DNA of 64,000 nucleotides from Octopus vulgaris (GCA_951406725.2 OX597839.1:25296001-25360000), one strand, 5' to 3'; shown: positions 40,227 to 53,007, numbered from the stretch's first letter. Made by a program: numbers and translations. The notes: generated by a model from the sequence alone, not told the origin.

Positions 40227-40852
40227 TCTATCTATCTATCTATCCGCTCAGTCAAAGTCGACTCTCAGTCACTCGATGGATCAGAGTCCTCCAATCAGTT
40301 CTATCCTGGGCCGCTTCTTTCAGATTGGCTATGTCCATTCCGGTATCACTCTTGATGGTGTCAAGCCAGCGGGTTCTTGGTCGGCCTCTTCCTCTCTTGC
40401 CACTGACCATTCCGAGCATGATGTCCTTCTCCAGGGATTTTCTCCGCATAATATGACCAAAATATATATATACTATATCTATCTGTCTGTCTATCTATCT
40501 ATCTATCTATCTATCTATCCGCTCAGTCGATGTCGACTCTCGGTCACTCAATGGATCAGTGTCCTCCAGTCAGTTCTATCCTGGGCCGCTTCTTTCAGAT
40601 AGGCTATGTCCATTCCGGTATCACTCTTGATGGTGTCAAGCCAGCGGGTTCTTGGTCGGCCTCTTCCTCTCTTGCCACTGACCATTCCGAGCATGATGTC
40701 CTTCTCCAGGGATTTTCTCTGCATAATATGACCGAAATATACCAATCTATGCTTGGTGATCCTAGCTTCTAGCGACATTTTCGGCCTGATCTGCTTAAGA
40801 ACTTCTCCATTGGTGAGCCTCGCTGTCCATGGAATCCGTAAAAGTCTTCTCT
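40227..40852 (-). mobile_element. RTE/BovB-like LINE 3' end, third family, tandemly duplicated, (GATA)n tails
   Basis: YFGHIMQRKSLEKDIMLGMVSGKRGRGRPRTRWLD...AQDRTDWR; about 215 bp occurs twice. Confidence 0.85.
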
Positions 40853-41381
40853 AAAACCCCCATATTTCATTTCATTTCAGCTGCTGTACTGATGTTAGGT
40901 GTGTTATGTTGCATATTTTTACGTGTGTGTTAGGTTCTTATACATGACATCAGTATCTGCCATCACTAGTACACTGTGCCCCGGTTTGTTATCACAGTCA
41001 ACTAAAGCAATTGACAACAGGATCATAAAACCCTGCAGCTGCATAATCACCAGTGGACCCATGCTGGCAGGGAAATGTAGACGTAAAACTCTTTGTTGGT
41101 GGTGGTGGTGGTCGTCGTCGTTGTAGTGGCAGTGACAAGGAAGCATGGTTGCAGTCACTTTACTCATGTAACTAACGTTCAGGGAAAGGAATGAATGCCA
41201 CCACTTCCGTTTTTCTCCTTACATTGAAATCAGTGGCACTTACCACTCTAATTGCCTAATTACAATCAGTCGAGCAGCAAATACGTTCGGTCGAGTTATT
41301 TTTCACTTAAACACCGCACTTGTTGCTTTGGTCGTGCATAGAAAAGATTCCACACCACAGTTTTCGGTATATATTTTGTTG

Positions 41382-41740
41382 GAGTGGCTGTGTGGTAAGT
41401 AGCTTGCTAACCAACCACATGGTTCCGGGTTCAGTCCCACTGCGTGGCACCTTGGGCAAGTGTCTTCTACTATAGCCCCGGGCTGACCAAAGCCTTGTGA
41501 GTGGATTTGGTAAACGGAAACTGAAAGAAGCCTGTCGTATATATGTATATATATGTGTATGTGTGTGTATATGTTTGTGTGTCTGTGTTTGTCCCTCTAG
41601 CATTGCTTGGTGTGTTTACGCCCCCGTAACCTAGCGGTTCGGCAAAAGAGACCGATAGAATAAGTACTGGGCTTTATAAGTCCCGGGGTCGATTTGCTCG
41701 ACTAAAGGCGGTGCTTTTTGACTGAAACAAGTAAAAAAGT
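41382..41740 (+). mobile_element. SINE family A
   Basis: Consensus match with small deletions. Confidence 0.88.
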
Positions 41741-42391
41741 AAGATGATGGTGGTGGCGAGGCAGGGGTAATGATGATGATGATGCTTGTAGCGAAGGTGA
41801 TGGTGATTGTTGTGGCAGTTCCAAATAGTTCTGACTTGGCAGGGACCGAACCTGCGCTCTTCTCTACCATACGCACGCGCACGCACACAGTGACAAGTCA
41901 GTGTCTAACGATGTTGATAAACAGAAGAAAAAGTTGTATGATGATGGGTCGTCATTAAAACGGAGATGGTTTTGTCAGTTATGGACGATTGGTGGTGGGG
42001 GGTGGGGAGTGGTGGCGACGGCGATGGTAATGGCGATGATGATGATGATGGATGATAGATGATGACGTGTGGTGGTGGTAGTGGTGGTGGTGGTGGCGGC
42101 GGCGGCGTTGACAATGATGGAAATACTGTTGGGACCGTACATCAAATCGCGGCTCTATTTGCCCACTCACACAACAATTGATGATGGCGTGATGACGTCA
42201 AGAAGCATTGATCTGGTGCGTGTGCGTGTGTGTGTGGCGGCGGTGGTGGTTGTTGTGGTGGTGGTGGTGGCGGCGGTGGCGGAGGCGGAGCAGTAGCAGC
42301 AAACAACGGGAGGAGGAGGAGGGTGTACACACAAGCAACACATGTCAGCTGTGTGATTGGAGACTGGCGAAGCTGGCCAATGTGTGTGTGC

Positions 42392-42436
<45 letters not shown>

Positions 42437-43170
42437 CATGTAAGAGTGTGTATGTATGTATGCGTGCGTGTGTGGTAGCCGTCGTCGTCGTGGTAGTCGT
42501 CGGTTTTTTTTTGTTTTTGTTTGTTTTTTTTTTTTGATGTCATCAGCCACAGATCTCTTCTCACCCTCCCAACCCCCAACCCCCACCACCGTTTTCTCCC
42601 CGCTGCCACCATCACCTTCACCACCACCACCGTCCCCCCCCACCACCACAGATCTCTTCTCACCCTCCCAACCCCCAACCCCCACCACCGTTTTCTCCCC
42701 GCTGCCACCATCACCTTCACCACCACCACCGTCCCCCCCACCACCACAGATCTCTTCTCACCCTCCCAACCCCCAACCCCCACCACCGTTTTCTCCCCGC
42801 TGCCACCATCACCTTCACCACCACCGCCGTCCCCGCCACCACCACAGATCTCTTCTCACCCTCCCAATCCCCAACCCCCACCACCGTTTTCTCCCCGCTG
42901 ACACCATCACCTTCACCACCACCACCGTCCCCCCCCCACCACCACAGATCTCTTCTCACCCTCCCAATCCCCCCACCACCACCGTTTTTCTCCCCGCTGC
43001 CACCATCACCTTCACCTTCACCGCTGCCCTCCTCCCCCCATCACCACCACCCTCCTCCACCCAATGACGTCAAAGCCAAGACACATGACAATCGATTTCA
43101 AAGTGATGGCAGGGTCGCGCGCGCGCGTGCGCGGTGGTGGTTCGTTGTCGGGGTGGGGTGGCGGCGGGTA
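41740..43170. promoter_or_regulatory. GC/CpG-rich intronic island, candidate promoter or enhancer
   Basis: TGACGTCA at 42193-42200 and 43065-43072, CCAAT at 43061, (CG)n at about 43116-43127, many CpGs against an AT-rich background. Confidence 0.35.
42547..43030. repeat. ~99-bp C-rich tandem repeat, 5 units
   Basis: AGATCT at 42551, 42650, 42748, 42846, 42946. Confidence 0.92.
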
Positions 43171-43455
43171 CGTTATTACAGAAAAGTTTCGTTAGTTACA
43201 ATGTAGATGCGAGTGTATATATGTGTGTGTAGAGTGCGTTGTGTAAACCGTATTGTCAGCAATACAAAGTAAACTCGTTTGGTTGTAAACAACTTGATCT
43301 GACGATCAACACATGTGTGCTGCTTACTTTGCAAAACAAGAGAAACCGGGTTCAAACCCAGCTGGAGTTTGTGAAATTTATTGCGATGCAACTGTAAATA
43401 CGGCGATTTACTTGTCATTTGATACACAACTTATTTCCCTGGTGTCCATGCGTCA

Positions 43456-43962
43456 TCTATATATATAAAACTGTAGTTGTGTGAGTGTCTGTCCCCTTCG
43501 ATTTAGATTCCTAACTACTCCCACATTTTGCGGTGCAGTTTAACCAAATTCGGGTATCTTATAGTCGTGATTCATATCGAGCCCGTCTGGGTATTAGCGC
43601 GCGTCTACGATGAGTCTACGATTTTAAAAATAATTTAACATCATTTTTTATTCCATTTTAATGCATAATTTTTCGTGTGTCGATGGCGGCGGAGTTGGCG
43701 TCCATGGTCACACCTGCACCTGTTTGCTTCTCCCCCTTCTTCCCTCCCTCGTGAAGCTGTGGGGAAGGGAGTGTAAGGAAATCAACGTCGTAAAGCGTTG
43801 TCAAGGAGACCAGCGTTCTTTTAGAACAACGACTTCATGGCTTGAAGACACCAAAACAAAAATGGCTAAGAAAGCCCGAATTTATAAGGGAAGTAACTCT
43901 CTAAAAATGCTTATATAGTTATTTCCCTTACAAACCCGAGCAACGCCGGGCGATACTGCTAG
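43456..43962 (+). mobile_element. Non-autonomous Helitron-like element
   Basis: A|TCTATATATATAAA...CCCGAGCAACGCCGGGCGATACTGCTAG|T; last ~70 bp shared with the 4077-4441 copy. Confidence 0.82.
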
Positions 43963-44454
43963 TATATGATACACCCTTTTTTTCTAACCATCTAAGTGAC
44001 TTGGACCTTATGAAAGGAAAGGTTTATGTCACTCAAGACATACGAGTAATATAGCTGTATGGCCAACCAAAGCCTTGTGAGTGAATTTGGTAGGTGGAAA
44101 CTGAAAGAAGCCCGTCGTAGATGTGTGTGTGTGTGTGTCGGTGTTTGACCCAAACCATCGCTTGACAACCGATGTCGGTGTGTTTACGTCCCCGTAACAT
44201 AGCGGTTCGGCAAAAGAGACCGACAGAATAAGTACTAAGCTTACAAAAGAATAAGTCCTGGTGGTGCTACAGCGTGGGCGCAATCAAGTAAACGGGCACG
44301 GGTTTCATAAGTTTAGGACAGACAAGGTTTGAGAACAAAAAGGAAGGGCACATTAATTTAATGCTAGTCTTATTAGATTTAATGTCTGAAAGTCAGTTGG
44401 ATGGGCATGGCTGGGTTGGTTTTGATCATAATTCTGTCTTGAGGCTAAACAACA

Positions 44455-44861
44455 CTCTTTTACTTGTTTCAGTCATTTGACTGCGGCCATGCTGGAGCAC
44501 CGCCTTTAGTCGAGCAAATCGACCCTGGGACTTATTCTTTTGTAAGCCCAGTACTCATTCTATCGGTCTCTTTTGCCGAACCGCTAAGTGACGGGGACGT
44601 AAACACACCAGCATCGGTTGTCAAGCAATGCTAGGGAGACAAACACAGACACACAAACACACACACACACACATACATATATATATATACATATATACGA
44701 CAGGCTTCTTTCAGTTTCTGTCTACCAAATCCACTCACAAGGCATTGGTCGGCCCGGGGCTATAGCAGAAGACACTTGACCAAGGTGCCACGCAGTGGGA
44801 CTGAACCCGGAACCATGTGGTCGGTTAGCAAGCTACTTACCACACAGCCACTCCTGCGCCT
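44455..44861 (-). mobile_element. SINE family A
   Basis: Full copy; partial + copy at 44064-44283. Confidence 0.9.
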
Positions 44862-45542
44862 GTTCAAACTGAAAACAGGTGATGTTTTCATAGTGCGAAG
44901 TAGAATGGGTGATCGTTTCTAAGCGGGGTATGAAAAACTGGCACGAGCGTGATAACGCCCGGGGGCGGCCCTTCCGTTTGCTGCCCCCGGACCCTATAAA
45001 AAACTAAAAAAAACACATATTGCCTACAGCAGACCTCAGAGTCCGCCGTCCCGGGGCAGACCCCACCCCACAAGCTACGCTAGTGGAGATACAGGTAAAC
45101 ATCTCCCGTATGAGCAACTTGACCGTCGTTATTCTCAAGACGTGGAATTAGCTAGCAAGTTCAGGGGAGGTAACTGTGTTCGCTTTCAATTACATTCCGC
45201 GATAATTAAAACCAAAATAGAATTAGCAGTGTTGCATAATTGATAACCAAGCATAGTCTCATACAGTCAGTCAGATACTGGGTTCTATCCCTATTTGAGC
45301 CAGTGTCCTTTAATCGCTTTTTTTTTTTTTTTTTTGAGCTCTGGTATTACAGTCGTGTGGTTAGAATACGTGAGGAAAGAATTGTCAGAGTTTACAAGTA
45401 CAATAATCCCTCGCCATATCGCGCTTCACTTATCACGGTTTATTATTTAAGCCGACGTCGATTCCTCCGCAGTGGTGTTTTGCATTTATTATAAAATAAA
45501 TATATACAAATTATAAAAATAATTTTTTTAAATATATACAGT

Positions 45543-45941
45543 AGGCGCAGGAGTGGCTGTGTGGTAAGTAGCTTGCTTACCAACCACATGGTTCCGGGTT
45601 CAGTCCCATTGTGTGGCACCTTGGGCAGATGTCTTCTGCTATAGCCTCGGGCCGACTAAAGCCTTGTGAGTGGATTTGGTAGACGGAAACTGAAAGAAGC
45701 CCGTCGTATATATATATATGTATGTGTGTGTGTGTGTATGTGTTTGTCCCCCTAGCATTGCTTGACAACCGATGCTGGTGCGTTTATGTCCCCGTCACTT
45801 AGCGGTTCAGCAAAAGAGACTGATAGAATAATGACTGGGCTTACAAAAGAATAAGTCCCGGGGTCGAGTTGCTCGACTAAAGGCAGTGCTCCAGCATGGC
45901 CGCAGTCAAATGACTGAAACAAGTAAAAGAGTAAAAGAGTA
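45543..45941 (+). mobile_element. SINE family A
   Basis: Full copy. Confidence 0.9.
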
Positions 45942-46057
45942 GTTTCTACTTCCCCTATTGTGGGGAGTTTTGGAACTTAACACTCGTGATAGTCGAGGGG
46001 TTACTTGTAAATCCAACTAACAAGTGACCTAGGGGTAGACCACATGTTGGTTGGTTA

Positions 46058-46974
46058 ATCTCCATAGCCTCTAAGACAGTGAGCTGGCAGAATTGTTAGC
46101 ACATGAGGCACAAATGCTCATCCTTCTTTACATTCTGGCTTCAAATACTGCCATGGGCCACTTTGCCTTTCATACTTTCGGGGTCAGAGAAGTACCAGCT
46201 GAGCATGGGTTGATGAAATCGGCTTTGCCCCACCCTCCCCCAAACCTGCTGGCCGTGTCCCAAAATTTAGAACCCATCTCCATAGCCTCTAAGGCAGTGA
46301 GCTGGCAGAATTGTTAGCACATGAGGCACAAATGCTCATCCTTCTTTACATTCTGGCTTCAAATACTGCCATGGGCCACTTTGCCTTTCATACTTTCGGG
46401 GTCAGAGAAGTACCAGCTGAGCATGGGTTGATGAAATCGGCTTTGCCCCACCCTCCCCCAAACCTGCTGGCCGTGTCCCAAAATTTAGAACCCATCTCCA
46501 TAGCCTCTAAGGCAGTGAGCTGGCAGAATTGTTAGCACATGAGGCACAAATGCTCATCCTTCTTTACATTCTGGCTTCAAATACTGCCATGGGCCACTTT
46601 GCCTTTCATACTTTCGGGGTCAGAGAAGTACCAGCTGAGCATGGGTTGATGAAATCGGCTTTGCCCCACCCTCCCCCAAACCTGCTGGCCGTGTCCCAAA
46701 ATTTAGAACCCATCTCCATAGCCTCTAAGGCAGTGAGCTGGCAGAATTGTTAGCACATGAGGCACAAATGCTCATCCTTCTTTACATTCTGGCTTCAAAT
46801 ACTGCCATGGGCCACTTTGCCTTTCATACTTTCGGGGTCAGAGAAGTACCAGCTGAGCATGGGTTGATGAAATCGGCTTTGCCCCACCCTCCCCCAAACC
46901 TGCTGGCCGTGTCCCAAAATTTAGAACCCATCTCCATAGCCTCTAAGGCAGGGAGCTGGCAGAATTGTTAGCAC
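46058..46974. repeat. 218-bp tandem array (4.2 units) made from a degenerate SINE family B copy
   Basis: Unit starts at 46058, 46276, 46494, 46712, 46930; contains GAGCTGGCAGAATTGTTAGCAC. Confidence 0.95.
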
Positions 46975-48523
46975 AATGAACAAAAACTCTTACAGGCATT
47001 TTGTCCATCTTTATGTTCTGAGTTCAAATTCTGCCAAGGTTGACTTTGCCTTTCATCCTTTTGGGTCATCCCATAAATAATGCAGTTTTTTTATACTTCT
47101 TTTATTTTTCAAAATTAAGATAAACAAAGTTCTTTTTTAATCTAAAATATACTCTCCTTCATTTTCTACAATGCATGACATTTGTATCTGCCATGACTGC
47201 GATTTTGCTTGGCTTGATGGGTCTTCTCAAGCATAACATAATGCCGAAGGTCTTGGTCATTTCTCCCGTGAGGCCCAATGCTCAAAAGGAACTCAGCCAC
47301 CTCACCTCTGAACATACACACATAACAAGCTTCTTTCAGTTTCTGTCTACCAAATCCACTCACAAAGGCTTCAGTCTGCCTGAGGCTATGGTAGAAGAAA
47401 CTAGTTCAAGGTGCCATGCAGTGGGACTGAACCCGGCACCATGTGGTTGGGAAGCAAGCTTCTTACCACACAACCATGCCTGCCCTATGTATTTTTTCAG
47501 TCAGTGAAGGTGAATCTTTAGTCCTGCAAGTTTTCAAGTGACCCCACAGGTGCTGGTGCCATGAAATATGTGCCCAGTGCACTCTCTAAAGTGGTTGGCA
47601 TTAGGAAGGGCATCCAGCTGTAGAAAGCATTCAAAACATTGCAGCACAGTGAAGTTCTCTGACTCATTGGGTCCCTTCGCACTGTGCAACTTGCGTAATA
47701 TAGAAGACTGACATTGGATGATGATGATGATGATGATGATGATTTAAAACATCAGCTGTTGTGTGTTTAATTTTGAGCTTAAAATAGGTTTATGTAAAAA
47801 AATATCAACAAACTTTGTTGTTGTGTTTTTTCTTTTCTTTTTTTTTTGTTATTTTCTTCCTTTCGCTGTCTTATTGAAAAAAAAAAAGAAAAAGAAAATT
47901 GAAAAAGCTATCTTGCCTGTAATAAAGTTTAGTGCATCATGCTTACATATGTCCATATCTCTAAGGTCATTTTGATTTGCTGGGCCATTGAAATAACTGT
48001 TTCATGTTTGCTGTGTAACATATGGTCAAAGTACACACGTGCCCTCCACTCTCTCTCTCTCTCACACACACTCTTACTCTCTGTATTTCATACTTTTGCT
48101 CTCTCTCTCACTCTTCTGATACTTATCCCAAATCTATAATACAATATCTATTACCATTCGTTTTCCCAATTTCAAATTAACAGTGACAACTGAATACTTA
48201 ACAATAAATATTTCAATACATAAAACACTTCAAACCCCTTCTTGTGGTCCTTGTTACCAAACTGCAGTTAGACCTTGTGTTTATTCACTTGTAAAAAGAT
48301 TAGAATCTGTGGATCCCCCCCCCACCCATCACTACCACTACCAATCCTATTTTCCATTTCTCTTACTCTCCAATGTTAAATCTGTCCAGGGTCGTCACTG
48401 GCTCTGCATTTCATCCCAGCAGTGATCAATAAAGTTAGGACCAATAAACTACAAACGTCCAGTCAACTGATTGGTTCCTGCGCAAATTATGGTTTTGTAC
48501 CTAGCCCCTAAAGAACTAGTGTT

Positions 48524-49025
48524 AGCCTGGTCAGCCTGTAATGACATGCATAAGATCTGGTCATCAAATTTAAGTAGAGACTTCAAACTTGAAATCTTCA
48601 AAGCCACAGTCGAACCAATTCTACTACATGGCTCAGAAACCTGGACGTTATCAAAGAAGCTTGAGAGGCGGTTGGATGGAACCTACACTCGCCTCCATAT
48701 GAGAGCTCAAAATCTCTCGTGGAAGCGCCATCCAACCAAAATACAAATATATGGGAAACTACCACCTGTCATCTCTTGTGAAAGGTAGGAGAGTCCAGTT
48801 TGCTGGACATTGTTGTAGAGCTGAAAAAGAAGTAATTTCTACTCTTCTCCTCTGGAAGCCATCTGCTCGCAATACCAGAGGGCGCACACTCTCCCACCCT
48901 GATGTAATCTCCAGGGATACAGGCATCCAGCAACAGGACCTCCATAATGCTATGATGGACCGTGAAGTCTGGCGTAGCATGGTAAATTCCACTGTCTCGA
49001 CCACGGTCGAACAATGATGATGATG
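48524..49025 (+). mobile_element. Second copy of the same RTE-clade LINE 3' end (frameshifted)
   Basis: ORFs 48471-48788 and 48751-49017 nearly identical to the 17697 peptide. Confidence 0.88.
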
Positions 49026-49361
49026 AGTGTTAGACACACCAGCACCAGTTGTCAGTCAATGTGGGGGGGGGGGGGGTGCAGTGATTGGTGAGAACCTGGG
49101 TATGAAGAAGGGGTGGGGAAAGCAGCAATGCAGGGATGGGGAGTGGGAGATAATCATAGTTGCTTTGTGACCCGGACGGTGCTGGTGCCATGTAAAAAGT
49201 ATCCAGTCCACACTGTGAAGTGGTTGGCATTTGGAAGGGCACCCAGCAGTGAAGACCATGCCAAGACAGACACAGAAGCCTGGTGCAGCCGTCCTGCTTC
49301 CCAGTTCCTGTCAAACCGACCAACCCATGCCAGCATGGAAGGCGGGCGTTAACAATGATGA

Positions 49362-49401
<40 letters not shown>

Positions 49402-49686
49402 TAATCATCATCATCATCATCGTTTAGCGTCCGCTTTCCATGCTGGCATGGGTTGGATGGTTCAACTGGGGTCTGGGAAGCCAAAAGGCTGCACCAGGCC
49501 CAGTCTGATCTGGCAATGTTTCTACGGCTGGATGCCCTTCGTAACGCCAACCACTCCATGAGTGTAGTGGGTGCTTTTTACATGCCACTGGCACAGGTGC
49601 CAGGGGAGGCTGGCAAACGGACATGATCGGATGGTCCTTTTTATGTGCCACTGGCAATGGAGGCAGTCGGGGTGGCGCTGGCAATA

Positions 49687-49719
<33 letters not shown>

Positions 49720-49722
<3 letters not shown>

Positions 49723-49937
49723 ATTACTATTATGCAAAAGTGTCGCAAGTCCAAAGCGTTGCTTTTTCAGAAAATAAAAAAATAGTTTCACCATTCCATA
49801 GAAAAACCATTGTACTATTTTTAACAATTTTTGATATCTTGGCATCTGAAGCAGCTGGAGATAGGATTGTTCGACCGAAAGAACTGGCTATTGCTAGCAA
49901 ATTTGGACATACAACAGTTTAACGTAATAGCAACGAG
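49720..49937. mobile_element. TA-flanked TIR element; longer relative at about 31684-32087
   Basis: Imperfect 15-bp TIR CTCRTTRCTATTAYG; internal blocks (TATGCAAAAGTGTC, CTTGGCATCTGAAGCAGCTGGAGATA) shared between copies. Confidence 0.7.
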
Positions 49938-49939
49938 AT

Positions 49940-50934
49940 ATATATATATATATATACACACATACATACAATGGGCTGCTTTTAGTTTCCATCTACCAAA
50001 TCCACTCACAAGGCTTTGGTTGGTGTGAGGCTATGGTAGAAGATAAATACCCACGGTGCCACGCAGTAGGACTGAACCCAGAATCATGTGGTTGGGAAGC
50101 AAACTTCTTAACCCACAGCCACACCTGCACCTATTCTTTTGTTTGTTTGTCATTTGACTGTGGCCCCTGCTTATAAACAAACAAATCGACCCCAAGACTT
50201 ATTCTTTGTAAGCCTAGTACTTATTCTAGGAATCTTTGGCCAAATCGCTAAGTTACTGGGACGTAAACACATCATCGGTTGTCAAGCGACATGTACATAT
50301 ATATACATATATATGATAGGCTTCTTTCAGTTTCCGTCTACCAAATCCACTCACAAGGCTTTGGTCGGCCCAGGGCTATCGTAGAAGACACTTTCCCAAG
50401 GTGCCACGCAGTGGGACTGAACCTGGAACCATGTAGTTGGTAAGCAAGCTACTTAACACGCAGCCACTCCGGCACCCCTATGTATATATATGACGGGCTT
50501 CTTTCAGTTTCCGTCTACCAAATTCACTCACAAGGCTTTGGTTGGCTCGAGGCTATAGTAGAAGCCGCTTGCCAAAGGTACCATGCAGTGGGACTGAACC
50601 TGGAACCATATGGTTGGTAAGCAAGTAACTTACCACATACCTACTCCCATGCCTATATCACAGAAGTTTCAGACGTAGCAATATTTTATACTTGTGAACA
50701 GGTTACAGTTTCGAGTAATGGCAATTATGACAAACCATTTTACAAAAAGATGTTTAAGTGAAGTAAAGAGTTGCAGGAGTGGCTGTCTGGTAAGTAGCTT
50801 GCTTACCAACCACATGGTTCTGGGTTCAGTCTCACTGTGTGGCACCTTGTGCTATCGTCTTCTACTAAAGCCTTGGGCCGACCAAAGCCTTGTGAGTGGA
50901 TTTGGTAGACGGAAACTGAAAGAAGCCCGTCGTA

Positions 50935-50976
<42 letters not shown>

Positions 50977-51297
50977 TTTGTGTGTCTGTGTTTGTCCCTC
51001 TAGCATTGCTCGACAACCGATGCTGGTGTGTTTATGTCCCCGTCACTTAGCGGTTCGGCAAAAGAGACCGATAGAATAAGTACTGGGCTTACAAGAGAAT
51101 AAGTCCCGGGGTTGAGTTGCTCGACTAAAGGCGGTGCTCCAGCATGGCCGCAGTCAAATGACTGAAACAAGTAAAAGAGCAAAGGGAAAGGCTTGCTAAG
51201 AATAAGTCCTGGGGTCGAGTTGCTCGACTAAAGGCGGTGCTCCAGCATGGCCGCAGTCAAATGACTGAAACAAGTAAAAGAGTAAAAGGGTAAAGAG
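49940..51297. mobile_element. SINE family A cluster: three - strand heads (49940-50652) and one + copy with duplicated tail (50772-51297)
   Basis: Consensus matches; ends about 90 bp before exon F. Confidence 0.85.
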
Positions 51298-51385
51298 AGT
51301 CTTTGTGTGTTTCTGAATGACAAAGCTTACTGTCTTCCACACCGGAATTGCTTTTAATCCCATGCTTTCCTTTAATCCATTTCAG

Positions 51386-51466
51386 ATTTATCATTAAACC
51401 TATGTTTGAGATCTGTGATTATTGTGGGAAGCATGTTTTATTTGGAAAAATATGTAAAGATTGTAG
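51386..51466 (+). CDS. ksr: KSR exon F, C1 domain first part: FIIKPMFEICDYCGKHVLFGKICKDC
   Basis: tttcag acceptor, gtaagt donor, phase 2-2. CxxC-x9-CxxC spacing of the atypical Raf/KSR C1 domain. Confidence 0.93.
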
Positions 51467-52344
51467 GTAAGTGCCGCATGTTTTCTTCTCTCCTTCTCTT
51501 CGATAAGTTCTGTGCCGCAAACAAGTTGGTTCGTCTCTCCCCTGGGTTGTGCCACAAACTACTGCAAGTCACCACACCTGCCTCATACTGAACTGTCGCA
51601 AATTATTGCTCAATGAGCCTGTCGCAAACGGTGTCACATGCCGTTGATTAGTCATCTTTGTATCGTGCTGTCACAAACTATGTCGATATGTAACTGGCAA
51701 TCTGTGTAGTTATGACAATCGGTTTTTCCGGTCCCAGTTGATCCCGTCATCGGAACAGCCTGCTCCTGAAATTAACGTGCACGTGATTGAGTATTCCACA
51801 GATAAATCTACGCTTAATGTATTTCTCGGGGACATTCAGCGTGACACAGAATGTGACAAGGCTGGCCCCTGTGAATAACACGTACAGTTGATTTTTGCCA
51901 GCTGAGGGGACTGGAGCAACGTGAAATAAAGTGTCTTGCTCAAGGACACAACACACCACCAGTATTTGAACTCATGACCTTATGCTCATGATCCAAATAC
52001 TCCTAACCACAAAGCGACCTGCCTTCATACTCTCTTTCTTTCTCTCTTACTATATATATATAGAGAGAGAGATGTGGAGGAGCAATGGCCCAGTGGTTTG
52101 GGCAGCAGACTCGCGGTCATAGGATCGTGGTTTCGATTCCCAGACCAGGTGTTATGAGTGTTTATTGAGCGAAAAACACCTAAAAGCTCCATGAGGCTCC
52201 GGCAGGATGTCTCTCAATATGTAGGAGCCAACTAACTACATTTTACATTTGTGGGGCCGTAGCTGATTTATAAAGGAAAGAAGAAACAGTAACTTTTTTA
52301 AATGTTTTGTCTGTCGGTTCATGTTATGTGTTTATTATTTCCAG

Positions 52345-52409
52345 GTATAAATGTCATCGCGATTGTGCCAATAGAGCTCCCAATACCTGCAGCCTTCGTT
52401 TAAAGTATG
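52345..52409 (+). CDS. ksr: KSR exon G, C1 domain second part: [21 protein letters not shown]
   Basis: ttccag acceptor, gtgagt donor, phase 2-1; completes H-x2-C-x7-C. Confidence 0.93.
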
Positions 52410-52637
52410 GTGAGTCAGATACGCCACTTATGTCAACTTCATACAGCCTTATGCATTCACATATATATGTATATTGCACGAGTTCCAGGCCGGCCAAAGC
52501 CTTAGGAGTGAATTTGATAAAAGGAAACTGAAAGACACGCTTCATGTGTGTGCATGCGCGAGCGTGCGCGTGTGTGTTCACCAGCACTGCTTGGCAACTG
52601 GTGTTGGTTTCTTTACAACCCCCATAACTTTGTAGCT

Positions 52638-52959
52638 CATATATATGTGTGTATATATATGTATATATATATGTATTTGTGTATATATATATATGTATAT
52701 ATATATATGTATATATATGTGTATATGTATTTATATATGTATATATGTAAATGTATATATATGTGTATATGTATCTATATATGTGTATATATGTATATAC
52801 CTATATATCATCATCATCATCATCATCATCATATATATATGTATATACCTATATATATGTATATACCTATATATATATGTATATACCTATATATATGTAT
52901 ATACCTATATATATGTATATACCTATATATATATGTATATACCTATATATATGTATATA

Positions 52960-53007
<48 letters not shown>

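Noticed and set aside
42115-42215. Alternative first coding exon MMEILLGPYIKSRL…IDL with CTG|GTGCGT donor
   Set aside because: Phase 0 does not fit the phase-2 acceptor of exon F; no homology recognised.
44889-45084. GC-rich segment resembling a CAGTGGCGTAGC-type MITE; also a pogo/Tigger-like end at 45409
   Set aside because: TIRs too imperfect or one-ended and no TSD, so not called as features.
46093-46971. Four copies of a 74-aa ORF
   Set aside because: Translation of a SINE-derived 218-bp tandem unit, starting at TTG.
1737-51182. Recurrent ORFs such as RQASFSFRLPNPLTR or DRLLSVSVYQIHSQG
   Set aside because: All are reading frames of SINE family A.
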